Shown here piece by piece: positions 18,535 to 27,456 of a stretch of 63,261 nucleotides of DNA (positions within the stretch are counted from its first letter, which is position 1; every line of letters starts with the position of its first letter). The stretch is from contig CAKZYZ010000333.1 in assembly GCA_937885075.1 (NCBI GenBank), positions 1 to 63,261 on the forward strand, in the 5' to 3' direction. The notes below the pieces were generated by a model. That model saw only the letters and a list, made by a program, of their open reading frames with translations. It was not told where the DNA came from and did no database searches. The DNA is from an uncultured bacterium. Its GTDB lineage: Bacteria > Auribacterota > Erginobacteria > Erginobacterales > Erginobacteraceae. Position numbers and translations under genes: made by a program.

Positions 18535-18698
18535 ACAGTGAGCAGTGAATAAACGGTAAGCAGTAAGCAGTTAGCGGTGAGCAGTGAATAAACGGTAAGC
18601 AGTTAGCAGTGAGCAGTAGGCCGCCGACGGCGACCTGGCGGCCACAGCTTACTGCTTACTGCTCACTGCTTACCGTTTATTCACTGCTCACTGCTTAC
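18535..18698. repeat. Family B word-palindrome (GTAAGCR/GTGAGCR heptamers)
   Basis: Left arm 18535-18617 with an internal ~42-nt duplication. Centre AGGCCGCCGACGGCGACCTGGCGGCCACA. Right arm 18648-18698, ending 9 nt before the rfbD ATG. Confidence 0.9.
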
Positions 18699-18707
18699 TA
18701 TATCTTC

Positions 18708-19583
18708 ATGCGAAGTAGAGATATATTGAATACAGAAAGAAAAATCTTGGTAATAGGAAATAATGGATTACTCGGGCAGGAGTTGATGGTCCGATTAGGC
18801 CCTCCGGGGCAGGTTACCGGGGCGGATCTCGATACCTGTGATATTACCAGGCCGGAGCAGATTGCGGCGGTGCTTAATTCTACCCGGCCGGATTGGGTAA
18901 TTAATTCCGCGGCCTATACCGATGTAGATGGGTGTGAGTCCAATTATGAGACAGCGAGGGCGATAAATGTTGTCGGAGCGGGGAATCTGGCCCGGGCCTG
19001 TCGGGATCGTGATATTGGACTCGTCCAGCTCAGCACGGACTTCATCTTCGATGGTAAGAAGGGGCGGGAATATAATGAGGATGATCAGCCCGCGCCACTC
19101 AGTGTTTACGGTGAGACTAAGTTAGAGGGGGAGCGGGAGGTGATAAAGGTAGGGGGAAGATATATTATTGTTCGGACATCCTGGCTTTTTGGAAAGGGCG
19201 GCAGAAATTTTCCGGATACTATTCTAAAAGCAGCCCGATCAAGCGATTCATTGCGGGTGGTCTCGGATCAGACCGGATCCCCGACTTACGCGGTCGATCT
19301 GGCGGACGCGATAGGAGAGTTAATTCGAAAAGACGCCAGCGGAGTTGTTCATGTAACCAATCGGGGAAGCTGCTCCTGGGCGGAATACGCGGATTTTGTT
19401 ATCAAGCTATCAGGGTTGGAGACAAAAATTATTCCGGTATCTTCGGAGGAGATGAAACGTCCCGCTGTCCGGCCGGGCTTCTCAGTTCTTTCTCTGAAAA
19501 AGTATGAAATGATAACCGGCAGGAAGACACGCCCCTGGCAGGACGCGGTCAAATCTTATTTTTCCTCCGGAAAAATAAAATAA
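18708..19583 (+). CDS. rfbD: dTDP-4-dehydrorhamnose reductase
   Basis: The ORF track starts at 18609, inside the right arm of a family-B palindrome. ATG 18708 gives MRSRDILNTERKILVIGNNGLLG. YGETK motif present. Confidence 0.9.
   Translation: MRSRDILNTERKILVIGNNGLLGQELMVRLGPPGQVTGADLDTCDITRPEQIAAVLNSTRPDWVINSAAYTDVDGCESNYETARAINVVGAGNLARACRDRDIGLVQLSTDFIFDGKKGREYNEDDQPAPLSVYGETKLEGEREVIKVGGRYIIVRTSWLFGKGGRNFPDTILKAARSSDSLRVVSDQTGSPTYAVDLADAIGELIRKDASGVVHVTNRGSCSWAEYADFVIKLSGLETKIIPVSSEEMKRPAVRPGFSVLSLKKYEMITGRKTRPWQDAVKSYFSSGKIK
19556..19578. repeat. AT-hairpin family copy inside the rfbD 3' end
   Basis: TTATTTTTCC-TCC-GGAAAAATAA. It encodes the last residues (YFSSGKI). Followed by TTGTGCAAGCA, as in the 16449 copy. 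Confidence 0.8.
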
Positions 19584-19658
19584 AGAAATTGTGCAAGCAC
19601 TGGAATAACGCCCGGGATACACTTTGAAGTAAGGCTATTGTTCAAAACAGTTAGCGCC

Positions 19659-19680
19659 ACAGGGCTAACTTATAGGAGGA
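19659..19680 (+). promoter_or_regulatory. Degenerate leader palindrome upstream of trm112
   Basis: AGTTAGCGCC-ACA-GGGCTAACT. Here it is followed by an AGGAGG SD. Confidence 0.6.
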
Positions 19681-19685
19681 ATACA

Positions 19686-19901
19686 ATGATTGATAAGGAA
19701 CTGTTGGAGATACTGGCCTGCCCGGCCTGCAAGTCAAGCCTGAAGTACGATGAAGAGAATCAGAAACTGATCTGTCTCGATGAGAATCGGGATAGCCGTG
19801 AGTTCAAGAGGGGTGAGGTCTGCGGCCTTATCTATTCCATTAAAGACGATATCCCGATAATGCTGATCGAAGAGGCTGAGGTACCATCGGCTGTGGAGTA
19901 A
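19686..19901 (+). CDS. Trm112 family protein
   Basis: AGGAGG SD then ATG 19686: MIDKELLEILACPACKSSLKYDEE.. The ORF-track start at 19638 lies in the leader palindrome. Confidence 0.75.
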   Translation: MIDKELLEILACPACKSSLKYDEENQKLICLDENRDSREFKRGEVCGLIYSIKDDIPIMLIEEAEVPSAVE

Positions 19902-19918
19902 TATCTTTGAAAAAATAT

Positions 19919-20042
19919 GCCACAAAGGCACGAAGACACTAAGAAAACTCAGGAAATAAGAAGATACGTAGTCATTGAACCTTCAATTCTTTTCTTTGTG
20001 TCTTAGTGTCTTCGTGGCAAAAAAAAGTTGCGAAGCTAAGTT
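19919..20042 (-). mobile_element. Family G MITE-like element, copy 1
   Basis: GCCACAAAGGCACGAAGACACTAAG .. CTTTGTGTCTTAGTGTCTTCGTGGC + AAAAAAAAGTTGCGAAGCTAAGTT. Ends 2 nt before the aroQ ATG. Confidence 0.75.
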
Positions 20043-20044
20043 CT

Positions 20045-20500
20045 ATGAAGAAGGAAGTAAAACATATTCTCGTCATCCACGGTCCGAACCTGCAGTTGCT
20101 GGGGGAGAGGGAGCCGGATATCTACGGTGCGGTTACACTGGAAGAGATCAATCTGAGGCTGAGAAAAGAAGCCGAAATCCTTGGAGTTGAACTCAGGATA
20201 GTCCAGTCAAACCATGAAGGGGAGATCGTTGACCTGATCGGTGATACCGGATCGTCTATCGACGCGATTCTGATTAATCCGGCCGCGTACACTCATACCA
20301 GTGTCGCCATCCGTGACGCGCTCTCCGCGGTGGCTGTTCCATCGGTAGAAGTTCATCTCTCCAATATTTACTCTCGGGAGGAGTTCCGTCGGAGTTCCCT
20401 GATCGCCCCTGTTGTCACCGGACAGGTTTCAGGTTTCGGACCGGAGAGTTACCTCCTCGGACTGAGGGCAGTCGTCGGGTTAGTCAGTGCCGATATATAG
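20045..20500 (+). CDS. aroQ: Type II 3-dehydroquinate dehydratase
   Basis: [37 protein letters not shown]. The ORF-track start at 20006 lies inside family-G element copy 1. Confidence 0.95.
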   Translation: MKKEVKHILVIHGPNLQLLGEREPDIYGAVTLEEINLRLRKEAEILGVELRIVQSNHEGEIVDLIGDTGSSIDAILINPAAYTHTSVAIRDALSAVAVPSVEVHLSNIYSREEFRRSSLIAPVVTGQVSGFGPESYLLGLRAVVGLVSADI

Positions 20501-20596
20501 CCCCGATAAAGACTTCGGGGGGGGCCAGGACGATTATGGGCAGGAATATTTTTGACAGGACGATTCTGGGACAGGACGATTTAAGGCGGGACCATT
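20501..20596 (+). repeat. Family H direct word array preceded by a CCCCGA..TCGGGG hairpin
   Basis: CCCCGATAAAGACTTCGGGG, then CAGGACGATTATGGG / CAGGAATATTTTTGA / CAGGACGATTCTGGGA / CAGGACGATTTAAGG (period 15-16). Confidence 0.8.
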
Positions 20597-20620
20597 TTGA
20601 CGGATGATCCTATTATAATT

Positions 20621-21721
20621 ATGGAATTTGATCATCAGTCTCGTTTAAGAAAAGTTCGGAAGCGTCTGTCCCGACGCGGGCTTGATGGATTTCTGGTTGC
20701 CGGCAAGAAGAATATTTATTATTTATGCGGTTTCTCCGGTGAGGATAGTTGGCTCCTGGTAACCGCCGAGAGAGCTATATTAATCACCGATTTTCGTTTC
20801 CAGGAGCAGGCGGCCGCGAGTCTGCCTCCGGAATGTGAGGTATCTTTACGAACCCGGAAATCATTAAACGCTAAAGCGGCGGAACTCTGCCGGGAGCATT
20901 CTTTAAAGAAGATCGGATTTGAAGAGCGCCATTTGAGCTATGGTGAGTTTTATCGTCTGAAAAAATCTCTTCGGTCCAGAGAATTGATGCCGGTCGGAGA
21001 GTTGGTCGAAGAACTCCGTATGATTAAATATCCGGAAGAGATCGATCTCCTGCGCCGTTCCGCCCGAATGACTACCCGGGTGTTGTCTCTGGTTATGAAG
21101 GGGTTAACTCCGTCGCTGACCGAGCTTGATGTAGCCGGAAGAATAAATATTGCTTTATTGAGAGATGGAGGCAGATCGGCTTTTTCCCCGATTGTAGCGA
21201 CCGGTCTCCGCAGTTCTCAGCCGCACGCGGTTGCTTCGCATCATTCTATTGGAGGGGGAAATGTTCTATTAATAGATATGGGGGCGGAATCGGAGGCTTA
21301 TAACTCCGATATGACCAGGACATTTATTCTGGGAGATTTTCCCCGGAAATTCAAGACGATCTACCGGGCAGTTCTGGGAGCCCAGAAAAAGGCGATCCGG
21401 TTGATTCGGCCTGGAGTTACGGCATCCTCTATCGACGGAGTAGCAAGGAGATATCTGGAGGAGAGAGGTTATGGTAGCTATTTCGGGCATAGCCTGGGAC
21501 ATGGAGTTGGGCTTGAGGTTCATGAGAGACCGGTTATAAGTTCCCGTTCCCGGGACGTTATAAAGAAGGGGATGGTCTTTACTGTTGAACCCGGGGTCTA
21601 TATCCCGGGGTGGGGAGGGATCAGGATTGAGGATACGGTTATGGTGACCGAGGATGAATGTGAGATCCTGACCGAATATCCGAAGGATCTGGAGTCAATG
21701 GTTCAAAAAATGAAAGGCTGA
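20621..21721 (+). CDS. Xaa-Pro aminopeptidase (M24 family)
   Basis: Creatinase-like N-domain plus M24 metal ligands (DMGAE..YNSDMTRT, HSLGHGVGLEVHE, EPGVY, RIED). A TTG start at 20597 is also possible. Confidence 0.88.
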   Translation: MEFDHQSRLRKVRKRLSRRGLDGFLVAGKKNIYYLCGFSGEDSWLLVTAERAILITDFRFQEQAAASLPPECEVSLRTRKSLNAKAAELCREHSLKKIGFEERHLSYGEFYRLKKSLRSRELMPVGELVEELRMIKYPEEIDLLRRSARMTTRVLSLVMKGLTPSLTELDVAGRINIALLRDGGRSAFSPIVATGLRSSQPHAVASHHSIGGGNVLLIDMGAESEAYNSDMTRTFILGDFPRKFKTIYRAVLGAQKKAIRLIRPGVTASSIDGVARRYLEERGYGSYFGHSLGHGVGLEVHERPVISSRSRDVIKKGMVFTVEPGVYIPGWGGIRIEDTVMVTEDECEILTEYPKDLESMVQKMKG

Positions 21722-22245
21722 ACGTTCAACCAGCCTCCGCCAAGGCCCCGAAACAAGTTCGGGATGCAAGCACTATGGCGGGCAGTGCGTTCAACTTTCA
21801 ACCAGCCTTCGCTAAAGCTATGGCGGGCAAGGCGTTCAACATTCAACGACAGACAGATGATACAGATGAACATCCAACGTCGAACGCCGAACTTCGAACA
21901 TCGAACGTCGCAAGACAAAGCATTCCCCGGTATAAGAAGCTTAACTTTCAAACGTCTAAAGTCCAGCTTCACGAGATATTAATAATAAAAAGCGAATAAC
22001 GAACCGCAGAACATCGAATATCGAATGTCGAAGTAAAAGAAGCCTAGGCGAGGCAACTTCGACATTCGGAGTTCGGAGTTCGATATTCGAAATTCGACTC
22101 TAATAGGGGCCGAGGTGGGGGGAGTTTCAACCAGAAAAAGTGATAACTTTAAATCAGGACTTGAGCAAGATGAAGGATGCCTGCCGGGTAAAAGCGAATA
22201 ACTTTAGGCACTTTAGCGCACTTTAGGCACTTTCAACTTTCTAAA
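21712..22245. repeat. 538-bp mosaic of modules (A words, M1 x2, M3, G-rich, F arm)
   Basis: AAAGGCTGAAC contains the pepP stop. One M1 is split by M3 (21729-21795) and one M1 is intact (21801-21835). A words at 21868-21910. A small A palindrome at 22009-22096. GGGGCCGAGGTGGGGGG at 22106-22122. F arm at 22185-22240. Confidence 0.85.
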
Positions 22246-22259
22246 AAGGAGATTAAGTA

Positions 22260-23615
22260 ATGGTAAAGAGAATAATAGTCGGAGAATCCGGGGGGCCGAC
22301 CCCGGTCATCGATTGGGAAGTTGCCGGTGTGGTTGATACCGCTCAAAAGGGCGGGATTGAGGTTTATGGAATGTTCAACGGCCTGGAGGGTCTGCTCAAT
22401 GCCAACATTGAGGGGAATATCGTAGATCTTTCTAAGATCAACGCCATGTCCTTTACTTTTACCGGCCCCGGAGCTGGTCTGAGAACAACCCGGATGAAGC
22501 CGACTGCAGATCAGTATCGAAAGATTGCCCGTAACCTGGATGTGCTGGGTATTGATGGAGTAGTTTATATCGGCGGCAATGACAGCGCCGACCAGCTTCT
22601 GGGCTTAACCTCCGAGTGCGATGTCAGGGTTATCCACGCGATTAAGACAGTCGATAATGATCTCCCGGTTACCCATCATTGTCCTGGTTATGGTTCCGCC
22701 GCCCTCTACAATGCCATAGCTTTGAAGAACGTCCATAGCGATTTCTCCTCCTATCGAGTCTGGGGTAACTTTAAGAAAGATGGTCACATAGTTCAGGCAC
22801 TGAGCATTGTCCCGATCATTATCTATCAGGTGATGGGAAGAAAAGCCGGTTGGCTTGCACAAGGAACCGCTTTTGCCAAGGTAGATCCAAAAGGCGACAT
22901 CCGCCCGAACTACCCGCCCCATATCATCCTCAGCAAGGAGATCCTCTTTGACAAAGATGAATTCCTGGCCGAACTTGAAAGAGTCATAATCAGTCAGGGG
23001 GAAGCGGTAATTGTAGTCCAGGAAGATCTAACCGATAAAAAAACGGGGAAGGCAATCGCCGAGATATATTCCGATGAGATCGTAACTGACGCACACGGAA
23101 ATATCCAGCATGGTCGGGCGGGATCGTTTTCGCCCTCCATCTTTTTAGCCCAGATAATCAAGGAGGAATTGAAGATTAATAGTCTGCTGGGCCAGATTAA
23201 GGAAGCCGTTCTTACGCCTCAGCACATACAGAGGAGCAATATGGTCTCCAAACAGGATGCTTCTGAAGCTTACCTGGTTGGTTCCTCCAGTGTACGGGCG
23301 ATACTGGATGGAGAGGACCGGAAATCGGTTATCCTGGAAAAGAAAAAAACTAAGGTCTCCACCGGCCTGACCGATCTCTCCAATATCGCGGCCCGGGAGA
23401 AGGTGGTGCCGGATTATTACATAAACGGGTTGAACGGCCCGACCCAGGATTTTATTGACGAGTATATTTATCTGATCGGCGGTGCCGGTGCCATTCCTCA
23501 TTATTCTTATCGGAAGTTTGTGAGTGTGCCCATCCCGGACGAGATCAAGAAAGATCCCTATTTAAAGGGGAGCGATGAATATAAATGGCCGTTGAAAAAT
23601 GACATTATTCAATAA
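22260..23615 (+). CDS. Phosphofructokinase family enzyme with PPi-type signature residues
   Basis: IGGNDSA (Asp where ATP-PFKs have Gly in GGDGS) and IKTVDNDL (Lys before TxDND). These are residues classically linked to PPi dependence. AAGGAG SD. Confidence 0.82.
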   Translation: MVKRIIVGESGGPTPVIDWEVAGVVDTAQKGGIEVYGMFNGLEGLLNANIEGNIVDLSKINAMSFTFTGPGAGLRTTRMKPTADQYRKIARNLDVLGIDGVVYIGGNDSADQLLGLTSECDVRVIHAIKTVDNDLPVTHHCPGYGSAALYNAIALKNVHSDFSSYRVWGNFKKDGHIVQALSIVPIIIYQVMGRKAGWLAQGTAFAKVDPKGDIRPNYPPHIILSKEILFDKDEFLAELERVIISQGEAVIVVQEDLTDKKTGKAIAEIYSDEIVTDAHGNIQHGRAGSFSPSIFLAQIIKEELKINSLLGQIKEAVLTPQHIQRSNMVSKQDASEAYLVGSSSVRAILDGEDRKSVILEKKKTKVSTGLTDLSNIAAREKVVPDYYINGLNGPTQDFIDEYIYLIGGAGAIPHYSYRKFVSVPIPDEIKKDPYLKGSDEYKWPLKNDIIQ

Positions 23616-24241
23616 TGGACCACTCCTCTTTACCGGGAGAATTAGATAGGGGAATGAAGATGGAAAAACAGATTATTTTAGCTCTGGAAGAAGGCGCGCG
23701 GCTCGGGGAAAAGTTGAAGGAGTTGGCCCCTGAGATTGCTAAAGCGTCCCGGATGATTATTGACTGTCTCAGTTCCGGGGGGAAGGTGATGATCTGCGGC
23801 AATGGCGGGTCCGCCGCTGACTCCCAGCACATCGCCGCCGAGCTGGTGGGGCGTTTCAAGAGAGAGAGAAGAGCTCTGGCGGCAATAGCGCTCACTACCG
23901 ACAGTTCGATACTGACCTCACTGGCGAATGATTACTCCTTTGATCGAGTATTCAGCCGTCAGGTGGAAGCGCTGGGATCTTCGGGTGATATGTTGATCCT
24001 GATCTCCACCAGCGGGAACTCGGTTAATCTGGTTGAAGCCGCCCGGGTAGCTAAAGGGAGAGGGATAGTGACAATGGCTCTCTTAGGAAGAGATGGAGGC
24101 AAAGTTGTCGGAGAGGTGGATTTCTCAATTGTTGTCCCTTCGTCCGATACCGCTCGGATTCAGGAAGGGCATATGCTTATATATCATATTATCTGTGATC
24201 TGGTGGAGGAAGAGATGGCGGGGAAAGATAGTAATCAGTAA
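23615..24241 (+). CDS. gmhA: D-sedoheptulose-7-phosphate isomerase (SIS domain)
   Basis: ICGNGGSAADSQHIAAEL..ISTSGNS. The ATG overlaps the pfk stop (TAATG). Internal ATGs at 23654/23660 are alternative starts. Confidence 0.9.
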   Translation: MDHSSLPGELDRGMKMEKQIILALEEGARLGEKLKELAPEIAKASRMIIDCLSSGGKVMICGNGGSAADSQHIAAELVGRFKRERRALAAIALTTDSSILTSLANDYSFDRVFSRQVEALGSSGDMLILISTSGNSVNLVEAARVAKGRGIVTMALLGRDGGKVVGEVDFSIVVPSSDTARIQEGHMLIYHIICDLVEEEMAGKDSNQ

Positions 24242-24301
24242 ACAGTGATCAGTAATCAGTATGGCTATGCCTGTCCAACCGATTACTGCTTACTGATTAC
24301 C
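24229..24301. repeat. Family D word-palindrome (GTAATCA/GTGATCA/GTAAACA heptamers)
   Basis: The left arm ATAGTAATCAGTAAACAGTGATCAGTAATCAGT contains the gmhA stop. Centre ATGGCTATGCCTGTCCAA. Right arm CCGATTACTGCTTACTGATTACC. Confidence 0.9.
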
Positions 24302-24324
24302 ATATTTATTAATCGGGATACGAC

Positions 24325-24822
24325 ATGATAAGTCAAAAAATAATTGATCATGAAAATCTGACACCTATCCTTGACGATTTAAGGAAGGAAGGGAAGAAGA
24401 TCGTATTCACTAACGGTTGTTTTGATCTTCTTCATGTCGGGCATCTTCGTTATCTCAAGCAAGCTCGGGAGGAGGGAGATCTTCTGGTCCTGGGATTGAA
24501 CAGCGATCGTTCGGTTCGGGAGTTGAAGGGCGAGACCCGTCCGCTCTTACCCCAGGAGGAACGGGCCGAGATGATGGCGGCGCTCTCAATGATTGATTAT
24601 ATTGTAATCTTTGACGAGCGGACACCGCTTAATCTTATTAAAGAACTTCGCCCGGATATCCTGGTCAAGGGCGGTGATTGGAAGAGAGAGGATATAGTGG
24701 GAGGGAAAGAAGTGGAAGCCTCCGGCGGCAGGGTAGTCGTGGTCCCGGAGATCCCCGGAAGATCCACCAGCAATCTGATCGATGAGATTGTCCGGAGGTC
24801 AAAGAGCAAGGTAGAGATATAA
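24325..24822 (+). CDS. D-glycero-beta-D-manno-heptose-1-phosphate adenylyltransferase (RfaE domain II type)
   Basis: Cytidylyltransferase fold motif FTNGCFDLLHVGHLRYLKQAR, then ..DILVKGGDW. Confidence 0.88.
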   Translation: MISQKIIDHENLTPILDDLRKEGKKIVFTNGCFDLLHVGHLRYLKQAREEGDLLVLGLNSDRSVRELKGETRPLLPQEERAEMMAALSMIDYIVIFDERTPLNLIKELRPDILVKGGDWKREDIVGGKEVEASGGRVVVVPEIPGRSTSNLIDEIVRRSKSKVEI

Positions 24823-24837
24823 TCAGCGCCAACAACC

Positions 24838-24873
24838 GTCCGACAAGTCTGACTCGTCCGACCTGTCCGACAA
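24838..24873 (+). repeat. Family E-like nonamer array GTCCGACNN x4
   Basis: GTCCGACAA GTCTGACTC GTCCGACCT GTCCGACAA, between the heptose adenylyltransferase gene and thiC. Confidence 0.8.
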
Positions 24874-24890
24874 CCAAAAAAACAAAACTT

Positions 24891-26183
24891 ATGACTATAA
24901 TATCAGAAGCAAAGAAAGGAAACGTACCGGAACCGGTAGCAATAGTAGCCCGTGAGGAGGGTGTTCCTCCGGAAGATATTCTCAAAGGTCTGGTGGATGG
25001 AACAATTGTGGTTCCTTCTAACCGCGTACGCCCTATCGATCAGCCCTGTGGAATCGGTCAGGGGCTCAGGGTCAAGATCAACGCTAATCTGGGAACTTCA
25101 CAGCAGGAGATCGATTATGACGGAGAGATAGAGAAGCTGAAAGTCGCTATCTCCGCCGGAGCGGATACCGTAATGGACCTCTCGACCGGCGGCGATATCA
25201 ATTTGCTCCGGGAAAAAGTCCTGCTTACCTCCAGCGTGCCGGTCGGAACTGTTCCGATCTATGAAGCCGCGGTGAAAGCCAGCGAGGAGAAGGGAAAGAT
25301 AGTGGCAATGACCGGAGACGATATGCTGGCGGCGGTAGAGAATCAAGCCCGACAGGGGGTTGATTACATGACCATTCACGCCGGAGTTACTCTCCGGACC
25401 ATGGAGGTTCTGAAAAATTCTCCCAGGTTGCTCGGGGCGGTCAGCCGGGGAGGTTCATTTCTGCTGGAATGGATGATTGTCAACGGGAAGGAGAATCCGT
25501 TCTTTGAACGTTTTGATGAACTGCTCGATATAGTCCGGCGTTACGAGATTACTCTCAGTCTCGGCGATGGGATGCGTCCGGGATGTCTGGCCGATGCCAC
25601 GGATCGTCCCCAGATTCAGGAACTTATTTTTCTGGGAGAACTGGCGGCCCGCTGCCGGGAAGCTGAGGTCCAGGTGATGATCGAGGGGCCGGGGCATATC
25701 CCCCTCAACCAGATCGCCGAGAATATTCGGCTGGAGAAATCTCTCTGCCAGGGCGCTCCCTTCTATGTCCTGGGACCGCTGGTAACCGATGTCGCCCCGG
25801 GATATGACCATATCACCTGCGCCATCGGGGGAACTCTGGCCGCCTACCTGGGCGCGGATTTTCTCTGCTATGTTACTCCGTCCGAGCACCTGGGCCTGCC
25901 GTCAGTAGATGACGTAAAAGCCGGCGTGATAGCCACGCGGATCGCGGCTCATGCCGCTGATGTCGCCCGAGGCTTACCCGGTGCCCGTGATTGGGATGAC
26001 AGGATGTCGCGATTCCGCCAGGCCAGGGATTGGAAGGGGCAGGTGGCGACCGCGATTGATCCGGAGAAGGCAAGGTCGTATCTGGGAGAACTGGAAGATA
26101 AGGAAGATTACTGTTCGATGTGCAGTGAGTACTGCGCGATTAAAATTTTGGATGAGTACCTGGGTGGGGGCGGGAAGCAGTGA
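24891..26183 (+). CDS. thiC: Phosphomethylpyrimidine synthase ThiC
   Basis: 430 aa. ..MDLSTGGD..TIHAGV..GIVSRGG-like..C-terminal CSMCSEYC cluster. The last codons and stop lie in a family-B arm. Confidence 0.95.
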   Translation: MTIISEAKKGNVPEPVAIVAREEGVPPEDILKGLVDGTIVVPSNRVRPIDQPCGIGQGLRVKINANLGTSQQEIDYDGEIEKLKVAISAGADTVMDLSTGGDINLLREKVLLTSSVPVGTVPIYEAAVKASEEKGKIVAMTGDDMLAAVENQARQGVDYMTIHAGVTLRTMEVLKNSPRLLGAVSRGGSFLLEWMIVNGKENPFFERFDELLDIVRRYEITLSLGDGMRPGCLADATDRPQIQELIFLGELAARCREAEVQVMIEGPGHIPLNQIAENIRLEKSLCQGAPFYVLGPLVTDVAPGYDHITCAIGGTLAAYLGADFLCYVTPSEHLGLPSVDDVKAGVIATRIAAHAADVARGLPGARDWDDRMSRFRQARDWKGQVATAIDPEKARSYLGELEDKEDYCSMCSEYCAIKILDEYLGGGGKQ

Positions 26184-26301
26184 GCAGTTAGCAGTGAGCA
26201 GTAAGCAGTAAGCTGTGCCCCGGTCGGCGACCGCTTACCGCTTACTGTTTACCGCTTACAGTTTTACAGCTTACAGCTTACCGCTCACTGCTTACCGTTA
26301 C
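26175..26301. repeat. Family B word-palindrome
   Basis: The left arm AAGCAGTGAGCAGTTAGCAGTGAGCAGTAAGCAGTAAGC begins in the last two thiC codons. Centre TGTGCCCCGGTCGGCGAC. The right arm (26232-26301) is longer than the left. Confidence 0.9.
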
Positions 26302-26352
26302 TCCCATGGATATAATTTTAGATCATTGGATAAATATAATAGTAAGGAGGGT

Positions 26353-27258
26353 ATGAACATGTCAGTCCTCGTAGTAGGCTCGGTAGCATTTGATACGGTT
26401 AGGACTCCGTTTGGACATAAAGAAAAAATCCTGGGCGGTTCTGCCACATATTTTTCTTATTCGTGCAGTTTCTTCTCTCGGGTAAATCTGGTGGCGGTGG
26501 TGGGGGAGGACTTCCCCTCCGAGTACCGGGAACTCCTGATGGAGAGAGATATAAATCTTGATGGACTCCAGGTACGGGATGGAAAAACTTTTCACTGGGG
26601 AGGATCCTATCATTACGATATGAATGAGGCGGAGACTGAGTTTACTGATCTCAATGTTTTTGAAGATTTTCATCCCGAACTTCCGTACCACTATCGTTCC
26701 AGCGAATATGTCCTTCTGGCCAATATCGATCCTGATCTCCAATTGGAAGTATTGGATCAGATTGATAATCCCCGGCTGGTGGTAGGTGATACGATGAATC
26801 TCTGGATTGAGCTGAAGAAAGATGTGGTAGAGGATGTTATCAGAAAGCTGGATATTCTGATTGTCAATGATGCCGAGGCTCGGCAATTGACCTCTGAGGT
26901 CAGCCTGAAGAAAGCCGCCGACCAGCTCCTGGGACTGGGGTGTAAGTATGTGGTTATTAAAAAGGGTGAGCATGGGGCGCTCTTGTTTTCCCGGGATTAT
27001 ATATTCTCCGCCCCCGGCCTTCCCCTGGAGACGGTGGTTGATCCGACCGGAGCCGGAGACACATTCGCCGGAGGATTTATGGGCTATCTGGCTCGATCCG
27101 GGGATCTCACTCCGGAAGTATTACGGAGAGCCATGATCTACGGCAGTGTCATGGCATCGTTCAACGTAGAAGATTTTAGTTTAGAACGCTTGAAGAAATT
27201 ACAGAAAGATGATATAAAGACTCGTTTCCAAGAGTTTAAGGCACTTACTAATTTTTAA
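26353..27258 (+). CDS. PfkB family carbohydrate kinase
   Basis: AAGGAGG SD then ATG 26353 (MNMSVLVVGSVAFD). C-terminal DPTGAGDTFAGGF motif. The ORF-track start at 26215 lies in a palindrome arm. Confidence 0.85.
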   Translation: MNMSVLVVGSVAFDTVRTPFGHKEKILGGSATYFSYSCSFFSRVNLVAVVGEDFPSEYRELLMERDINLDGLQVRDGKTFHWGGSYHYDMNEAETEFTDLNVFEDFHPELPYHYRSSEYVLLANIDPDLQLEVLDQIDNPRLVVGDTMNLWIELKKDVVEDVIRKLDILIVNDAEARQLTSEVSLKKAADQLLGLGCKYVVIKKGEHGALLFSRDYIFSAPGLPLETVVDPTGAGDTFAGGFMGYLARSGDLTPEVLRRAMIYGSVMASFNVEDFSLERLKKLQKDDIKTRFQEFKALTNF

Positions 27259-27357
27259 AATTCCAGTAGATTCACTGAATGAAAATGATCAATAGTTGAC
27301 TTATGCATTGCAAGTTATAGTGCATATTGGTAATAATCACTGAAATATTTTCAAAAC

Positions 27358-27384
27358 TATTATTTTTTCGCAGAAAAAATAATA
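27358..27384. repeat. AT-hairpin family copy ending 1 nt before tRNA-Gly
   Basis: TATTATTTTTTC-GCA-GAAAAAATAATA. Confidence 0.85.
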
Positions 27385-27385
27385 T

Positions 27386-27456
27386 GCGGGTGTTGCTCAA
27401 TGGTAGAGCTCCAGCTTCCCAAGCTGGCCACGAGGGTTCGATTCCCTTCACCCGCT
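27386..27456 (+). tRNA. tRNA-Gly (anticodon CCC)
   Basis: 71-nt cloverleaf: acceptor GCGGGTG/CACCCGC, D stem GCTC/GAGC, anticodon arm CCAGC-TTCCCAA-GCTGG, T arm GAGGG-TTCGATT-CCCTT. No encoded CCA. Confidence 0.9.

Noticed and set aside
24823-24890. TPP riboswitch in the thiC leader.
   Set aside because: The leader is only 68 nt, consists of GTCCGACNN nonamers plus an A-rich tail, and lacks the conserved thi-box elements.
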